Shown in pieces: positions 9,812-19,267 of a stretch of DNA of 64,000 nucleotides. The stretch is from an uncultured bacterium (GTDB lineage Bacteria > Planctomycetota > UBA8108 > UBA1146): positions 24,706 to 88,705 of the forward strand of contig CAJXMG010000004.1 in NCBI GenBank assembly GCA_913056395.1, in the 5' to 3' direction. A program made the translations under genes and the position numbers. Each line of letters starts with the position of its first letter. The stretch's first letter is position 1. A model generated the notes under the pieces. It searched no databases. It saw only the letters and a program-made list of their open reading frames with translations, and was not told the origin of the DNA.

Positions 9812-11254
9812 CTATTCTGATTGATAGCGTTTGAAGACGATACCCGCAGGAATCCCCGATCCGAACTCGAGATCTCGAACCTTGCCCTGCTCATCACGGC
9901 GGATTTTCAGTCTCAGCCATGAGGGTTTTCCCAGCAGTCGGTCATCTTTGGTCAACTGCAGGGGATAGGATTCGTCTCCCCAATCGACCAGTTCCATTCC
10001 CTGATCACTGGCAACCAGTCGCCAGGTCACCTGCAGCTCGTCGGAGTGGTAGAGACCGGTGAAATCTTCCGCGCTCCATTCACTGACCCATTCCGGTTCT
10101 TTCCGGGGTGAGTTTTCTCTTCGACGGTTCTCCCATTCAAATTTGGGAGCATCCCTGAAGAGATCTTCTGCGATGACTTCACTGGTCAGGCGCAGCACTC
10201 TGGATGGATTGAAGTTGCTGCGATTGGCAAAGCAGAGAAAGACCCAGCCCTCATCAGGGAAGATCCACATCTGTGAGCGGTAGCCGACCCAGGATCCACC
10301 ATGGGACAGCCTGGGAAAGCCTCGATAGGTCGATTCGTCGATGCCAAAGCGATAATCGAGTTCCTGACCATCGTTGAGAGTGAAGGGGCTCAGCAGTCGT
10401 TGCAAAAGACCCGGTTTCCATTGGTCCCGAATCAGGGCATCGGTCCATTTTCCAAAGTCACGAACGGTGGTGTAGATACCGCCATCGCCGACCTGATCGA
10501 GTCCCGTTTCATCCAAACGGTAACGGTTGTTTCCTGAAGGTGAATAACCATTGGCCCGTCGTTTCACCACCTCGGTGGATTCATCATGAAAGTGGGTCTG
10601 ACTCATTTTCAGCGGCTGGAAGATGTTTTTATCGGCAAACTGACGCAGGGTTTTCCCGGACACCCGCTCGCAGATGATGCTGCAAAGGAAATATCCCGAG
10701 TTGCAGTAGGAGTAGCGTTCACCGGGAACAAAATCGAGTCCCCGCTGGCGGCAGATCAGGCGCAGGGCTTCTTCCTTTTCCCAATTGTCCGCCCCCTCGA
10801 TGTCACACATTTGCATCAGTGATGTGTATTCCCGCAGGCCACTGGTGTGGTGCAACAGGTGACGGATGGTGATCTTGTGACCGTGATCGTGGAGTTCCGG
10901 AAGGTAGGTACGGATGTCGGTGTCGAAATCCACGAGGCCTTCATCTTCCAGCAGAAGCATGCATACGGCGGTCACATGTTTGGAAACAGAGGCGATGCGA
11001 AAGACGGTTTGCGGAGTGTTGGCGATGTCATGATCGAGGTTGGCCATGCCGTAGCCCTTGGCGAAAACCGGCTCACCATTTTTGAAAGCGGCGATGGCAC
11101 AGCCTGGATGACCGGGAGAGACGATCGGGTCCATGATTTGATCGACTTGCTCCTCCATCGACTTCGCTTGGGTTTCCTTGACCGATTGACCCATGCAAAA
11201 GGGGGAAAAGGTCAGGTGGGAGATGCACAGAAATAGAAACAATACCGATTTCAT
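9812..11254 (-). CDS. serine hydrolase, beta-lactamase (class C / esterase) fold, secreted
   Basis: Signal peptide; S-x-x-K motif in FRIASVSKHVTA; YSNSGY-like CNSGYF motif. Confidence 0.85.
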   Translation of the reverse strand: MKSVLFLFLCISHLTFSPFCMGQSVKETQAKSMEEQVDQIMDPIVSPGHPGCAIAAFKNGEPVFAKGYGMANLDHDIANTPQTVFRIASVSKHVTAVCMLLLEDEGLVDFDTDIRTYLPELHDHGHKITIRHLLHHTSGLREYTSLMQMCDIEGADNWEKEEALRLICRQRGLDFVPGERYSYCNSGYFLCSIICERVSGKTLRQFADKNIFQPLKMSQTHFHDESTEVVKRRANGYSPSGNNRYRLDETGLDQVGDGGIYTTVRDFGKWTDALIRDQWKPGLLQRLLSPFTLNDGQELDYRFGIDESTYRGFPRLSHGGSWVGYRSQMWIFPDEGWVFLCFANRSNFNPSRVLRLTSEVIAEDLFRDAPKFEWENRRRENSPRKEPEWVSEWSAEDFTGLYHSDELQVTWRLVASDQGMELVDWGDESYPLQLTKDDRLLGKPSWLRLKIRRDEQGKVRDLEFGSGIPAGIVFKRYQSE

Positions 11255-12627
11255 GAGGCCTTCTCTTCACTTCTTCTCAGCTCGACGATGGAATCAGGAC
11301 GAAGAGTAAACATCAGAGCCAGGGGAACCAAAGCTGAAATTCCGGAGATCATGAAGAGGTCCGCCCGCTCCATATCCTCTATTCGTGCGATTTCATTACC
11401 GATGTAGGTCCCAAGGTTACTGACGGCCATGTACAGCGTGAATTGAGTCGCTGCCGAAGTGGTCCAGCAGATTTTCATGTAGAGACTGAAGAGAGCCACA
11501 GTCTGGAATGCGACGAAGCCTTTGAAAACGGGCAGAACCCAAAGGGGGTTGACGGTTGCCGCAGAGAGGAGCAACGAAAAGGAAATCATGGCGATTCCCA
11601 TGCAGGTTCCTCCGATGGCCGCGATCTTTCTTCTTCCCATTCGGTCGCAAAGGAAACCACCCAAGAGTGCTCCTACCAGTTCTCCGCCGATTCCCCACGT
11701 TCCAAATGCCTCAGAGTACTGGCCGGAGGTCCACCCGTAGACATTAATAAACGTATCAGAGGAGAGGGGGATGAAGATGCCCAAGGAGAAGGAAGTGATC
11801 ACCGAGAGCAGGACGGCTGCACCAGTCGTCCATTTCGAAAGAGCCCTGAATAGTTCAGAGAGAACCAATATGGGAGAGCGAAGCGATTCGGCCTGAGTGG
11901 AAGAAGCCTCACCTTTGGACCAGGGAAATCTCTTCTCGCCATCTCGCTCACGCACGAAAAGAACAGCCAACGCGATCAGCAGAATTCCTGTAGCCAAAAC
12001 CTGGAGTGTCACATTGAGTTCGAACTGTTCAATCAGGTAAACCCCTCCCGTGGTACCGACCGTTGTTCCGAACATTTTAGATCCCCACATGAATCCGTTG
12101 ACGCGCCCTCTCTCTGATTCTTCAAGGATATCGACCGCAAGAGCATCCGTGGCTACGTCCTGAAGAGAGGCGAAAGCATTGTGTAGAAAAAACACTCCTG
12201 CGACGAAGATCAGGGTGCTGACTTCGGTGGCAGAACCGCTTTGGTCGGGGCCTGCAACCCATGAAAAGAACCAGGAGGTCCAGGAGGAAACTTCGACCGT
12301 CGTCTCCGGAGCCAGTTTCCCGAGGCCTCCTGCCTGTGAGTTGGCAATCAGGGTCACTGCCATTCCCAACTGGGCCAGGAGAATCCACGGTCGGCGCAAT
12401 CCCAGCGCAGGGAAACGAATCGAATCGATCAGGGGAGCCCAGAGGAACTTGAAGGTCCAGGGCAGGACGGAGAAGCCTGTGATGATGCCGGCCTCATCAC
12501 GTGTGAATCCCTGTTCGATAAAAACAGAGAAGAGAGTGTAGAGAACAAAGCCGTAGGGAAACCCCTGGGCAAAATACAACAGGCAAAGGATCGTCGTACG
12601 AATCCCCCTGTGGGAACTCATGCTCAT
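11251..12627 (-). CDS. MFS transporter, AmpG/PAT-like
   Basis: Multi-TM protein with AmpG-like N-terminus (LYFAQGFPYGF..WTFKFLWAPLID). 4-nt overlap with the downstream hydrolase gene. Confidence 0.75.
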   Translation of the reverse strand: MSMSSHRGIRTTILCLLYFAQGFPYGFVLYTLFSVFIEQGFTRDEAGIITGFSVLPWTFKFLWAPLIDSIRFPALGLRRPWILLAQLGMAVTLIANSQAGGLGKLAPETTVEVSSWTSWFFSWVAGPDQSGSATEVSTLIFVAGVFFLHNAFASLQDVATDALAVDILEESERGRVNGFMWGSKMFGTTVGTTGGVYLIEQFELNVTLQVLATGILLIALAVLFVRERDGEKRFPWSKGEASSTQAESLRSPILVLSELFRALSKWTTGAAVLLSVITSFSLGIFIPLSSDTFINVYGWTSGQYSEAFGTWGIGGELVGALLGGFLCDRMGRRKIAAIGGTCMGIAMISFSLLLSAATVNPLWVLPVFKGFVAFQTVALFSLYMKICWTTSAATQFTLYMAVSNLGTYIGNEIARIEDMERADLFMISGISALVPLALMFTLRPDSIVELRRSEEKAS

Positions 12628-12810
12628 GGGGCCTCCTCAAGATAGGCATTTCACTGGCAGGATAGAGGCCTGAATGGGGGAAGTGCAGGGGGTAGGTCGC
12701 CGGGACAGGGCAACCTTTCCGGGAAATGACCGAAAATTTCTGTCTTTGTCGGCCCGGGAACAGGATTCACCGAAAGAGACGTTGAGCCTGACCCTGAAAG
12801 GAGCGAGATC

Positions 12811-13233
12811 ATGCCGACCCCCACACGACGATTCCTGATTCTGTTCCTTCTGGGAGCCATGGCGACCTCTGCTCTGGCCGGATGTGCGGCCCAAAGCACC
12901 TACGTTCAGGCGATTGGCAGCTGGTCCACCGAATCTCCCGTCGTTACCCAATCCGGGTGGGCTTTCTGGAAAAACCGCATGAGTCGATCCATGAAACCGA
13001 ATGTCCAGTTGACCGTTTACGCTGATGCCAGTTACCGGGTCGAAGTGGCCGGTATGGAATATCAGGGTCAGGCCCAACTGTCCTCACTGTTCGGGGAAGG
13101 TCTGGCCATCAAAACCCGGATCGGTCAGGTCGAGGCCCAGGGACGGATTCGCATCATCGAAGGAAAAAAGATGATCATCGAATCGGAAACGGAAAACCTC
13201 GGCACCGAGCTGACCCTGCATCGCATGCCTTGA
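12811..13233 (+). CDS. small lipoprotein, hypothetical
   Basis: Lipobox LAGC after a hydrophobic N-terminus. 140 aa. Confidence 0.5.
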   Translation: MPTPTRRFLILFLLGAMATSALAGCAAQSTYVQAIGSWSTESPVVTQSGWAFWKNRMSRSMKPNVQLTVYADASYRVEVAGMEYQGQAQLSSLFGEGLAIKTRIGQVEAQGRIRIIEGKKMIIESETENLGTELTLHRMP

Positions 13234-13267
13234 TCGGATGGGAAAACAGGGCTTCGGGTCTTTTGAG

Positions 13268-13819
13268 TTATTTGATTCTCAAGGGTTTATGGAACGAAAA
13301 GAGATGATCCCGATTCTTTTTTCGACTTTCGTAGAGCAATTTCTCAAGCGTTTTTGAAGCTTTGATTTCATGCCGAAGAATCCGAACCAGTTCTTTCCAT
13401 TCTTCTGCACTCGATTTGTGGGATTTCCAGGAAAGCATGAAATCAAAATGAGCCCCATGCCGAAACAGTCGACCAGGTAGCGGGAAAATTCCTCGATCAC
13501 CGATAAAGATCCCATAACGCAGATAAGGGTGGACCTGTTTGTGGCTTGCGGCTTTCTGGCTGTAGGTGATTGCTGCATGGGAACTGATTCTTCTCAGTTT
13601 GGTTTCGATCACGACTCTGGGGATCCAGTCTCCGGATCGTGTCTCTTCCTGAATCAAGAGGTCGGTTTCATATTTCATCTGTTGATAACAGGGCTGCTCT
13701 GATGTGTATTCGCGTATTTCGTGGGCATAAGTGAGTCGTATTCCCGTATCGATTCGATATTTGGGGAATGCTTCGGTCAGCTGCTCTGAAATCGAATTAG
13801 CCCAGTCGGTTTCCCGCAT
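13268..13819 (-). CDS. PD-(D/E)xK nuclease, candidate restriction endonuclease
   Basis: 183 aa with D53 (YETDLLI) and E72-T-K74 (VVIETK). Lies directly downstream of the C5-methyltransferase on the same strand. AT-rich relative to neighbours. Confidence 0.55.
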   Translation of the reverse strand: MRETDWANSISEQLTEAFPKYRIDTGIRLTYAHEIREYTSEQPCYQQMKYETDLLIQEETRSGDWIPRVVIETKLRRISSHAAITYSQKAASHKQVHPYLRYGIFIGDRGIFPLPGRLFRHGAHFDFMLSWKSHKSSAEEWKELVRILRHEIKASKTLEKLLYESRKKNRDHLFSFHKPLRIK

Positions 13820-13947
13820 GATTTACCTTTCGTAAGGCAGTGCTATTCCCTCAATGAGGCCATATTTGGAAGTCCCAGAGTTGCCATCGAAAGATGGAAT
13901 CCCTGACCGACCTGATGAGGGTTCATTTTCAGCGTCAGTGAAAGTTA

Positions 13948-15333
13948 TTAGAAGGAAAATTCGCCCTGAGATCTCTGCAGATCGGGGTCTTCTTCGATCG
14001 AAGGGCCGCGTTTGGATGCCATCAAGGTTTGGGTCACCAGCTTGACTACGCCGACATTGACCGCATTTCCCAGTTGTTTGTAGGCCGCTTTGTCGGGAAC
14101 CCCTGATTGGGCGAAGATCTCTCCCGGAATTCCCTGAAGTTTTGCCGCCTCAAGAGGGGTGAGTTTTCGGTATTCTTGGATTCCCCGTCGAACTTGGGGA
14201 CCGACGATGGATGTCTGGGTGATGGCGACGAGGGCGGGCAGATAGGTTGCCGGCTTGACCCGTATTCCACTGGGCCGCATCTGTAAAACCAGATTTTCGA
14301 GAGTTCTTCCAGCCCGGGTCGGATGGGCCTTTCTGGCCTGCCATTCAAAAAACTGCCGACTGAAGGGAAACTCGGGCACCGTAAGATTGAGCGGGCCCCA
14401 GCGCATTTTCTTCCAGCGGTCAATGAAGGTTTTGTTCTGCACATAAAAGGCGGAGTTCTTGCGCAGGAAGTTCGCCTTCCATGGGGGAGTCCCGGCAGGA
14501 ATCTGTGGTCGAGTAAAGAATCGGTCCGCCCAGATGGGAAACCCGGGGAGTTGATCGACCTCAATTTCACGGACAAAGAAATCCCAGGCCGCCAGCCAGG
14601 TCTGTTCCTGCTCTGAAAGACGGTAGTCCGCCACATTTTTGATTTTGGAATCGGGCAGCAGATATTTTTTGATGTTCCAGTGGTCCGGGTTCCATTCTTC
14701 CTTGAAGAGATCCCGGGTCAGGATGGGTGGTGAGCACAGACCTCGAGTATTCCCGTGCCCGACCCTTTCTCCGAGGATAAAGACCCGGTCCCGAACCTGG
14801 GGAGCACCGCCCTTTTCTTCAGGAATCAGATGGGGGGACAGCACCACCGGTTGATCGCAGACCCGGTAGCCGGCTTCGCGAAGGCTTTCGATGATGATGC
14901 GCCAGGTTTCACGATGTCGTGGCCCTGCCAGATTGCGGACATTTTCCAAAACGAGGAATCGGGGTTCTTTGGCCCGAATGATCTCCATGATGTCAAAAAA
15001 CAGGGTGCCCCGGGTTTGGTCACGAATCCCTTCCTGTGCCCCCGATTTGGAGAAGGGCTGACAGGGAAATCCGGCACAAAGAACACTGTGATCCGGAACG
15101 AGGCGGTCGATCTCGTCGAGATCGAGGGGTTCTCCGTCGGGAGTACAGGTCAGACTACGAATGTCCTCGATCATCTGATGGGGTTTCATGGAGGGAAATG
15201 CGGTCTGGTAAACCTGGCGGCATTCCTCATCCAGCTCGACGGTCAAGACACATCTTCCACCCAGTTCTTCCAAGGCATGGTGAAACCCACCAATCCCTGC
15301 GAATAGGTCGATGAATCGGAATGAATTAGGCAT
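13948..15333 (-). CDS. DNA (cytosine-5)-methyltransferase
   Basis: Motif [12 protein letters not shown], motif [10 protein letters not shown], motif VI ENVRNL, motif [14 protein letters not shown], motif X QLGNAVNV. Confidence 0.95.
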   Translation of the reverse strand: MPNSFRFIDLFAGIGGFHHALEELGGRCVLTVELDEECRQVYQTAFPSMKPHQMIEDIRSLTCTPDGEPLDLDEIDRLVPDHSVLCAGFPCQPFSKSGAQEGIRDQTRGTLFFDIMEIIRAKEPRFLVLENVRNLAGPRHRETWRIIIESLREAGYRVCDQPVVLSPHLIPEEKGGAPQVRDRVFILGERVGHGNTRGLCSPPILTRDLFKEEWNPDHWNIKKYLLPDSKIKNVADYRLSEQEQTWLAAWDFFVREIEVDQLPGFPIWADRFFTRPQIPAGTPPWKANFLRKNSAFYVQNKTFIDRWKKMRWGPLNLTVPEFPFSRQFFEWQARKAHPTRAGRTLENLVLQMRPSGIRVKPATYLPALVAITQTSIVGPQVRRGIQEYRKLTPLEAAKLQGIPGEIFAQSGVPDKAAYKQLGNAVNVGVVKLVTQTLMASKRGPSIEEDPDLQRSQGEFSF

Positions 15334-15506
15334 TCGGTAAAACCAAAACTAAAGAGCGACAGAACAACAATTTGTTCAGGCAACATAATCGATTTCTGCA
15401 GTCAATCCATTTCGAACTTTTACTAAATCTGGGCTGCAGTGAGTTCAGTAATGGTCTTTTGGTATTTTCAGCAACTTGATAGTAGGGTTTGCTCACTATT
15501 CACAAT

Positions 15507-16193
15507 CTAGTAATAACCAATGTTTAGTTCACGAATTTTGTCTAAGCGGAATTGGTACTTAGAGTTACGAGGTTTGTCGTTGCTATTTTTCATGTTTTTT
15601 TGAAAATTAGGACATGCCCATCCTTCTCTGACAGCTTCATTAAGTTGATCAATAGAAGTAAATTCGACTAAACAAATGTCTACAAGTGTGGACTTAATTT
15701 TTCTTGCTCTTGGACGAGTACCTTCTTTTATCTTTTTCACCGAATATTTCGAAAGTTTTCCCTTTAACTCTGTATGCCACATGTAGAATTCGCAGGATCT
15801 GGATTTTTCACCCTTCACAGATTCACCTATTCCAATAACTAAACCCCAGTGGCCAGTTTCTTGTATACAGCGTTCTACTAACTCGGCGTCATTTGACAGG
15901 ACCATAGGTTTCTTACTCTTCCCCAAGGAATGGTGCTTGAAGTCCCAGTTTTGTTTTTGGAAGGAGTAGTCCACATTTTTATTTGAATCGAGTTGGAAGG
16001 GAGGAGATTCACCCAAGGTTTCTTTCAGAATTTGAAGTGATTTGAATTCGAAAAAAAAACCGGGCCATTCCGTTTGTCTCCAATGAGTTGAACCAGAGTT
16101 TTTCATTTCCAGTATCGAAGATTTTCCATCCCATTGTTTTGGGAGGTTATCTAAAAGTAATTTTCGAATCTGTTTTGATTGATTGTGTACCAT
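15507..16193 (-). CDS. hypothetical protein in AT-rich segment, second restriction-endonuclease candidate
   Basis: 228-aa ORF upstream of the MTase on the same strand. Possible D75 ... D84-F-K86 triad. Clear drop in G+C versus flanks. Confidence 0.45.
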   Translation of the reverse strand: MVHNQSKQIRKLLLDNLPKQWDGKSSILEMKNSGSTHWRQTEWPGFFFEFKSLQILKETLGESPPFQLDSNKNVDYSFQKQNWDFKHHSLGKSKKPMVLSNDAELVERCIQETGHWGLVIGIGESVKGEKSRSCEFYMWHTELKGKLSKYSVKKIKEGTRPRARKIKSTLVDICLVEFTSIDQLNEAVREGWACPNFQKNMKNSNDKPRNSKYQFRLDKIRELNIGYY

Positions 16194-16202
16194 TACAATT
16201 TC

Positions 16203-17525
16203 CTAAGTGACAAAGCCATGCGCCTGTATCGCCGCACCCAGTGCGGCGGATTCCGGTTCCTCGTGGAGGGTGACGGGGACTTGGAGGGTGTTGGCGATCA
16301 TCTCACGCCAGAGTGGGTTCTTGGATCCACCGCCGACCAGGCGCAGGGCGTCGACCTCGACTCCGAGGCGTTTCATTCGTGCCACTCCCGAACACAGGTT
16401 GGCGGTGATGCCCTCGAGGGCAGCACGGAAGATCACTCCGGGCTGCAGACTGCCCGGGCGAATGCCGGTGATGGTGCCGGTGGCGTGGGGGAGATCGGGG
16501 ACCCTTTCACCATGGATAAAGGGCACGAACTCGACTCCGCCGCAGCCGGGTTCCACTGCGGATGCGAGGTCGGTCAGTCGTTGGAGGGCGTCCGGATCAT
16601 CGGGGAAGTACGCCTGTCGGATTTCCTCGGTGACGTTGGTACAGTTCATGACGCACAGGAGCGGCAGCCAGCCACCGTCACTGGAACAGAAGGGGGCGAT
16701 CAGTCCTTCCGGATCGATCACTGGCTGATCGGTGCGGGTGAAGACGGTACCGCTGGTTCCCAGACTCATGACGACCACCCCGGATCGGGTCGCCCCGGAT
16801 CCGATGGCGCTCATCATGTTGTCGCCACCGCCGGGGGCGACCGGGATACCGGCGGTCAACCCGAGAGCAGATGCCGCACTCTCACTCACGTGGCCCGCCA
16901 CTTCTCCCGTCTCGAGGAGTCTGGGTACCTTTCCTGCCAGGCTTTCATTGACCGCGTTCATGGCAGTCTCATCGAACTGGCGCGCCTCGACATCGAACCA
17001 GCCGGTTCCCGAGGCGTCGCCGGCCTCCGTCGTCATCGATCCGGTGAGTCGGTAATTGATGAAATCGTGGGGGAGGAGGACGTGGGCGGTCCGTTGCCAA
17101 TTATTCGCTTCATGACGGGCGAGCCAGGTGACTTTGCTGGCTGTAAAGCCGACGGGAACCGATCGACCCAGTATCTGAGTTAACTGCTGCGCTTCATCCG
17201 CCGTGGAAGTGTCGCACCACAGCTTTGCCGGTCGCACGACGGCACCAGAATCATCGAGGAAGACGGAGCCGTGCTGCTGGCCGCTGACGCCGACCCCGGC
17301 GATCCTGCTCAGGTCCGTCTGTTCGGCCAGCTGTTGAAGGACCTGGATGACCGCCTGCCACCAGTCGTCGGGGTGCTGTTCGGCGGCACCGGGGGGGAGC
17401 CCAGGAAGCAGATCGAGAGGCTGACCGGCCCGGGCGATGACCCCATGATCCTGCTCCGGATCAAAGACGAGACCCTTGACGCTTTGGGTCCCCACATCCA
17501 GTCCGAGATAGTGCTTTTGGCCCAT
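16203..17525 (-). CDS. xylB: xylulokinase (FGGY family)
   Basis: Start set at MGQKHYLGLDVGTQSVKGLV. C-terminal GGGSKNPLWREMIANTLQVPV. The long antisense ORF 16179..17183 is a shadow. Confidence 0.85.
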   Translation of the reverse strand: MGQKHYLGLDVGTQSVKGLVFDPEQDHGVIARAGQPLDLLPGLPPGAAEQHPDDWWQAVIQVLQQLAEQTDLSRIAGVGVSGQQHGSVFLDDSGAVVRPAKLWCDTSTADEAQQLTQILGRSVPVGFTASKVTWLARHEANNWQRTAHVLLPHDFINYRLTGSMTTEAGDASGTGWFDVEARQFDETAMNAVNESLAGKVPRLLETGEVAGHVSESAASALGLTAGIPVAPGGGDNMMSAIGSGATRSGVVVMSLGTSGTVFTRTDQPVIDPEGLIAPFCSSDGGWLPLLCVMNCTNVTEEIRQAYFPDDPDALQRLTDLASAVEPGCGGVEFVPFIHGERVPDLPHATGTITGIRPGSLQPGVIFRAALEGITANLCSGVARMKRLGVEVDALRLVGGGSKNPLWREMIANTLQVPVTLHEEPESAALGAAIQAHGFVT

Positions 17526-17676
17526 ATGACCTCCCTGAAGCCAGATTAGCCCCAATGAACCTTTTCCTCAATCCGTAGAAAACAGACCTGAAGGCTGTCC
17601 TGCATGCTGCTGGTTTCGGATTCAGGGTGAGTGGCGATTGCCCGCGAACGTAGATCCTGATTGGGAAGGAAGCGAA

Positions 17677-18510
17677 ATGAAGTACAGCCAACAGATACAT
17701 CGCTCCCGCCGTGTCAGGGTTGCGCCTGATACGACCGTGCAAACGCACCGAATCGGCATGATTGTACCCAGCTCAAATACCACCATGGAAACCGAAATCC
17801 CCGAGCTTTTGCAAAGGGCCGGTCGGGGAACTCATCGCTTCACGTTCCATTCATCCCGAATGCGAATGAAGAAGGTCAATCTCAGCGAGTTGGGAAAGAT
17901 GAATGCCCAAGCGGACCGTTGCGCTGAGGAATTGTCGGACGCTGCGGTGGATGTTGCGGCATACGCATGTCTCGTTGCTGTCATGAGTGAAGGTCCGCAG
18001 TGTGCGCAGAAGATGGCCCGGTCGTTGTCAGAAGTTCTGCAAGAAGGCAATCCACAAGCCCAAATGATCACCAGCGCAGGTGCATTGATCGAAGGGGTTC
18101 GTCGTCTGGGTGTCAGTAAGGTGGCGCTGATCACTCCTTACATGAAACCATTGACCGCAATGGTGGTCGATTGTCTGGAATCTGCGGGGATTCAGGTGGT
18201 GGATACCATCTCACTGGAAATTTCCGACAACTTGGCCGTGGGGAGAAGAGACCCGGAAGACTTGGTGTCGATTGCCAGAGAGTTGGACCTGACAGAAGCG
18301 GAAGCGGTCATCGTTTCCGCCTGTGTACAAATGCCGTCCCTGGCAGCGATTCCCCAAGTCGAAGCAGAGACGGGCTTACCTGTTCTTTCCGCAGCCACTG
18401 CAACATTGAGATCAGTCCTGGAGGGATTGGATATCCAACTGGACATACCGGGCGGTGGAAGCCTTTTACAAATGAAATCAGAGCCGGCAACAGAAGTGAG
18501 GTCAGCATGA
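17677..18510 (+). CDS. maleate cis-trans isomerase / Asp-Glu racemase superfamily protein
   Basis: ATG at 17677 lies behind ggaagga. Motif IGMIVPSSNTTME, with two Cys contexts (YACLVA, SACVQMPS) typical of the family. Confidence 0.7.
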   Translation: MKYSQQIHRSRRVRVAPDTTVQTHRIGMIVPSSNTTMETEIPELLQRAGRGTHRFTFHSSRMRMKKVNLSELGKMNAQADRCAEELSDAAVDVAAYACLVAVMSEGPQCAQKMARSLSEVLQEGNPQAQMITSAGALIEGVRRLGVSKVALITPYMKPLTAMVVDCLESAGIQVVDTISLEISDNLAVGRRDPEDLVSIARELDLTEAEAVIVSACVQMPSLAAIPQVEAETGLPVLSAATATLRSVLEGLDIQLDIPGGGSLLQMKSEPATEVRSA

Positions 18511-19208
18511 AGAGAATTCATATCGAAGAACCTGGCGCGATTGAAACTATCATTGAGTGGGTTCGCCATGAAGCAGTCATGTTGCAGCTTCCCTCAGTTT
18601 ATTCGTTGGCTGCTGCTCCCACGAAAAAAGGGGTTGAGCAACTCAACTTGCTCAAGAATCGTCTCTCCGGAAAGAACTATGGCACTGTGATGGGAAGGGC
18701 AGATCGCTTTCTCGCTCAGGCTCAATCCGGTGCAATGCCCAGGTATTTCCGCGAGTTCGATCGCTTGGAAGAGTTGGAGGGCGCTTTCGTACGAACCGCT
18801 TTCGCTCCTGCTGATTTCAATTCACCGGTGATTCGAAATGGAACGCATCAAAGTTTGATTCTGGACGGAATCCACAGGAAGCTTTTCGTGCAAGCGGAAG
18901 AGGGTCTGAAAGACATGCTGGATCTGGATCTTTGGGGAGGTTGTGAAATGACTTCTCTGATCTGTACGAGTGCGAACATCAGTGGTGATCCTCTTGGGTC
19001 GATCACCGACCGGAAAAGGGCGGAGACTTTCGCTCTGGAGCGGGGAATTGGATTGTTCGTTTCCTGTGAGCAAGATGCAAATTCAGCGGGTTCCTACCCC
19101 ATCTTCGAGTTCTCTGGCAATGAGGTGAGCATTCAAAGAGAAGGTCCTGGATTGGATCGTTTGATGACGCGGATTCCTGCAAACATTGAGCGAGCTAAAG
19201 CGGCGTAA
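18507..19208 (+). CDS. YrdC/Sua5-domain protein
   Basis: The ATG at 18507 overlaps the upstream stop (ATGA). YrdC-like LPSVYSLAA and TSANISGDP motifs. Confidence 0.6.
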   Translation: MKRIHIEEPGAIETIIEWVRHEAVMLQLPSVYSLAAAPTKKGVEQLNLLKNRLSGKNYGTVMGRADRFLAQAQSGAMPRYFREFDRLEELEGAFVRTAFAPADFNSPVIRNGTHQSLILDGIHRKLFVQAEEGLKDMLDLDLWGGCEMTSLICTSANISGDPLGSITDRKRAETFALERGIGLFVSCEQDANSAGSYPIFEFSGNEVSIQREGPGLDRLMTRIPANIERAKAA

Positions 19209-19267
19209 AAAAATCAAAGTCCCCTGAGTCGATGACAGCCTGAATATTGGGAAGTATGGCTCAGGGG

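Noticed and set aside
12637-13077. 146-aa ORF antisense to and overlapping the lipoprotein gene and its upstream region
   Set aside because: Its translation is Gly/Arg/Ser-rich and lacks motifs. The plus-strand ORF has a lipobox signal peptide.
13268-16193. Calling the R-M islet a mobile element
   Set aside because: I could find no integrase, transposase, terminal inverted repeats or flanking direct repeats by eye. Only the compositional anomaly supports foreign origin.
16179-17183. 334-aa ORF antisense to xylB, and similar long antisense ORFs (1590..2285, 22944..23636, 25032..25733, 29342..30199, 31962..32831, 53711..54331, 58010..58540)
   Set aside because: Each lies fully inside a well-supported gene on the other strand and has a low-complexity, Gly/Arg/Asp-rich translation without motifs. 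This is typical of shadow ORFs in moderately GC-rich DNA.
19209-19267. Terminator between the convergent YrdC-like and kinase genes
   Set aside because: Only an 8-bp complementarity (cccctgag / ctcagggg) with a ~30-nt loop and no U-run. This is too weak to annotate.
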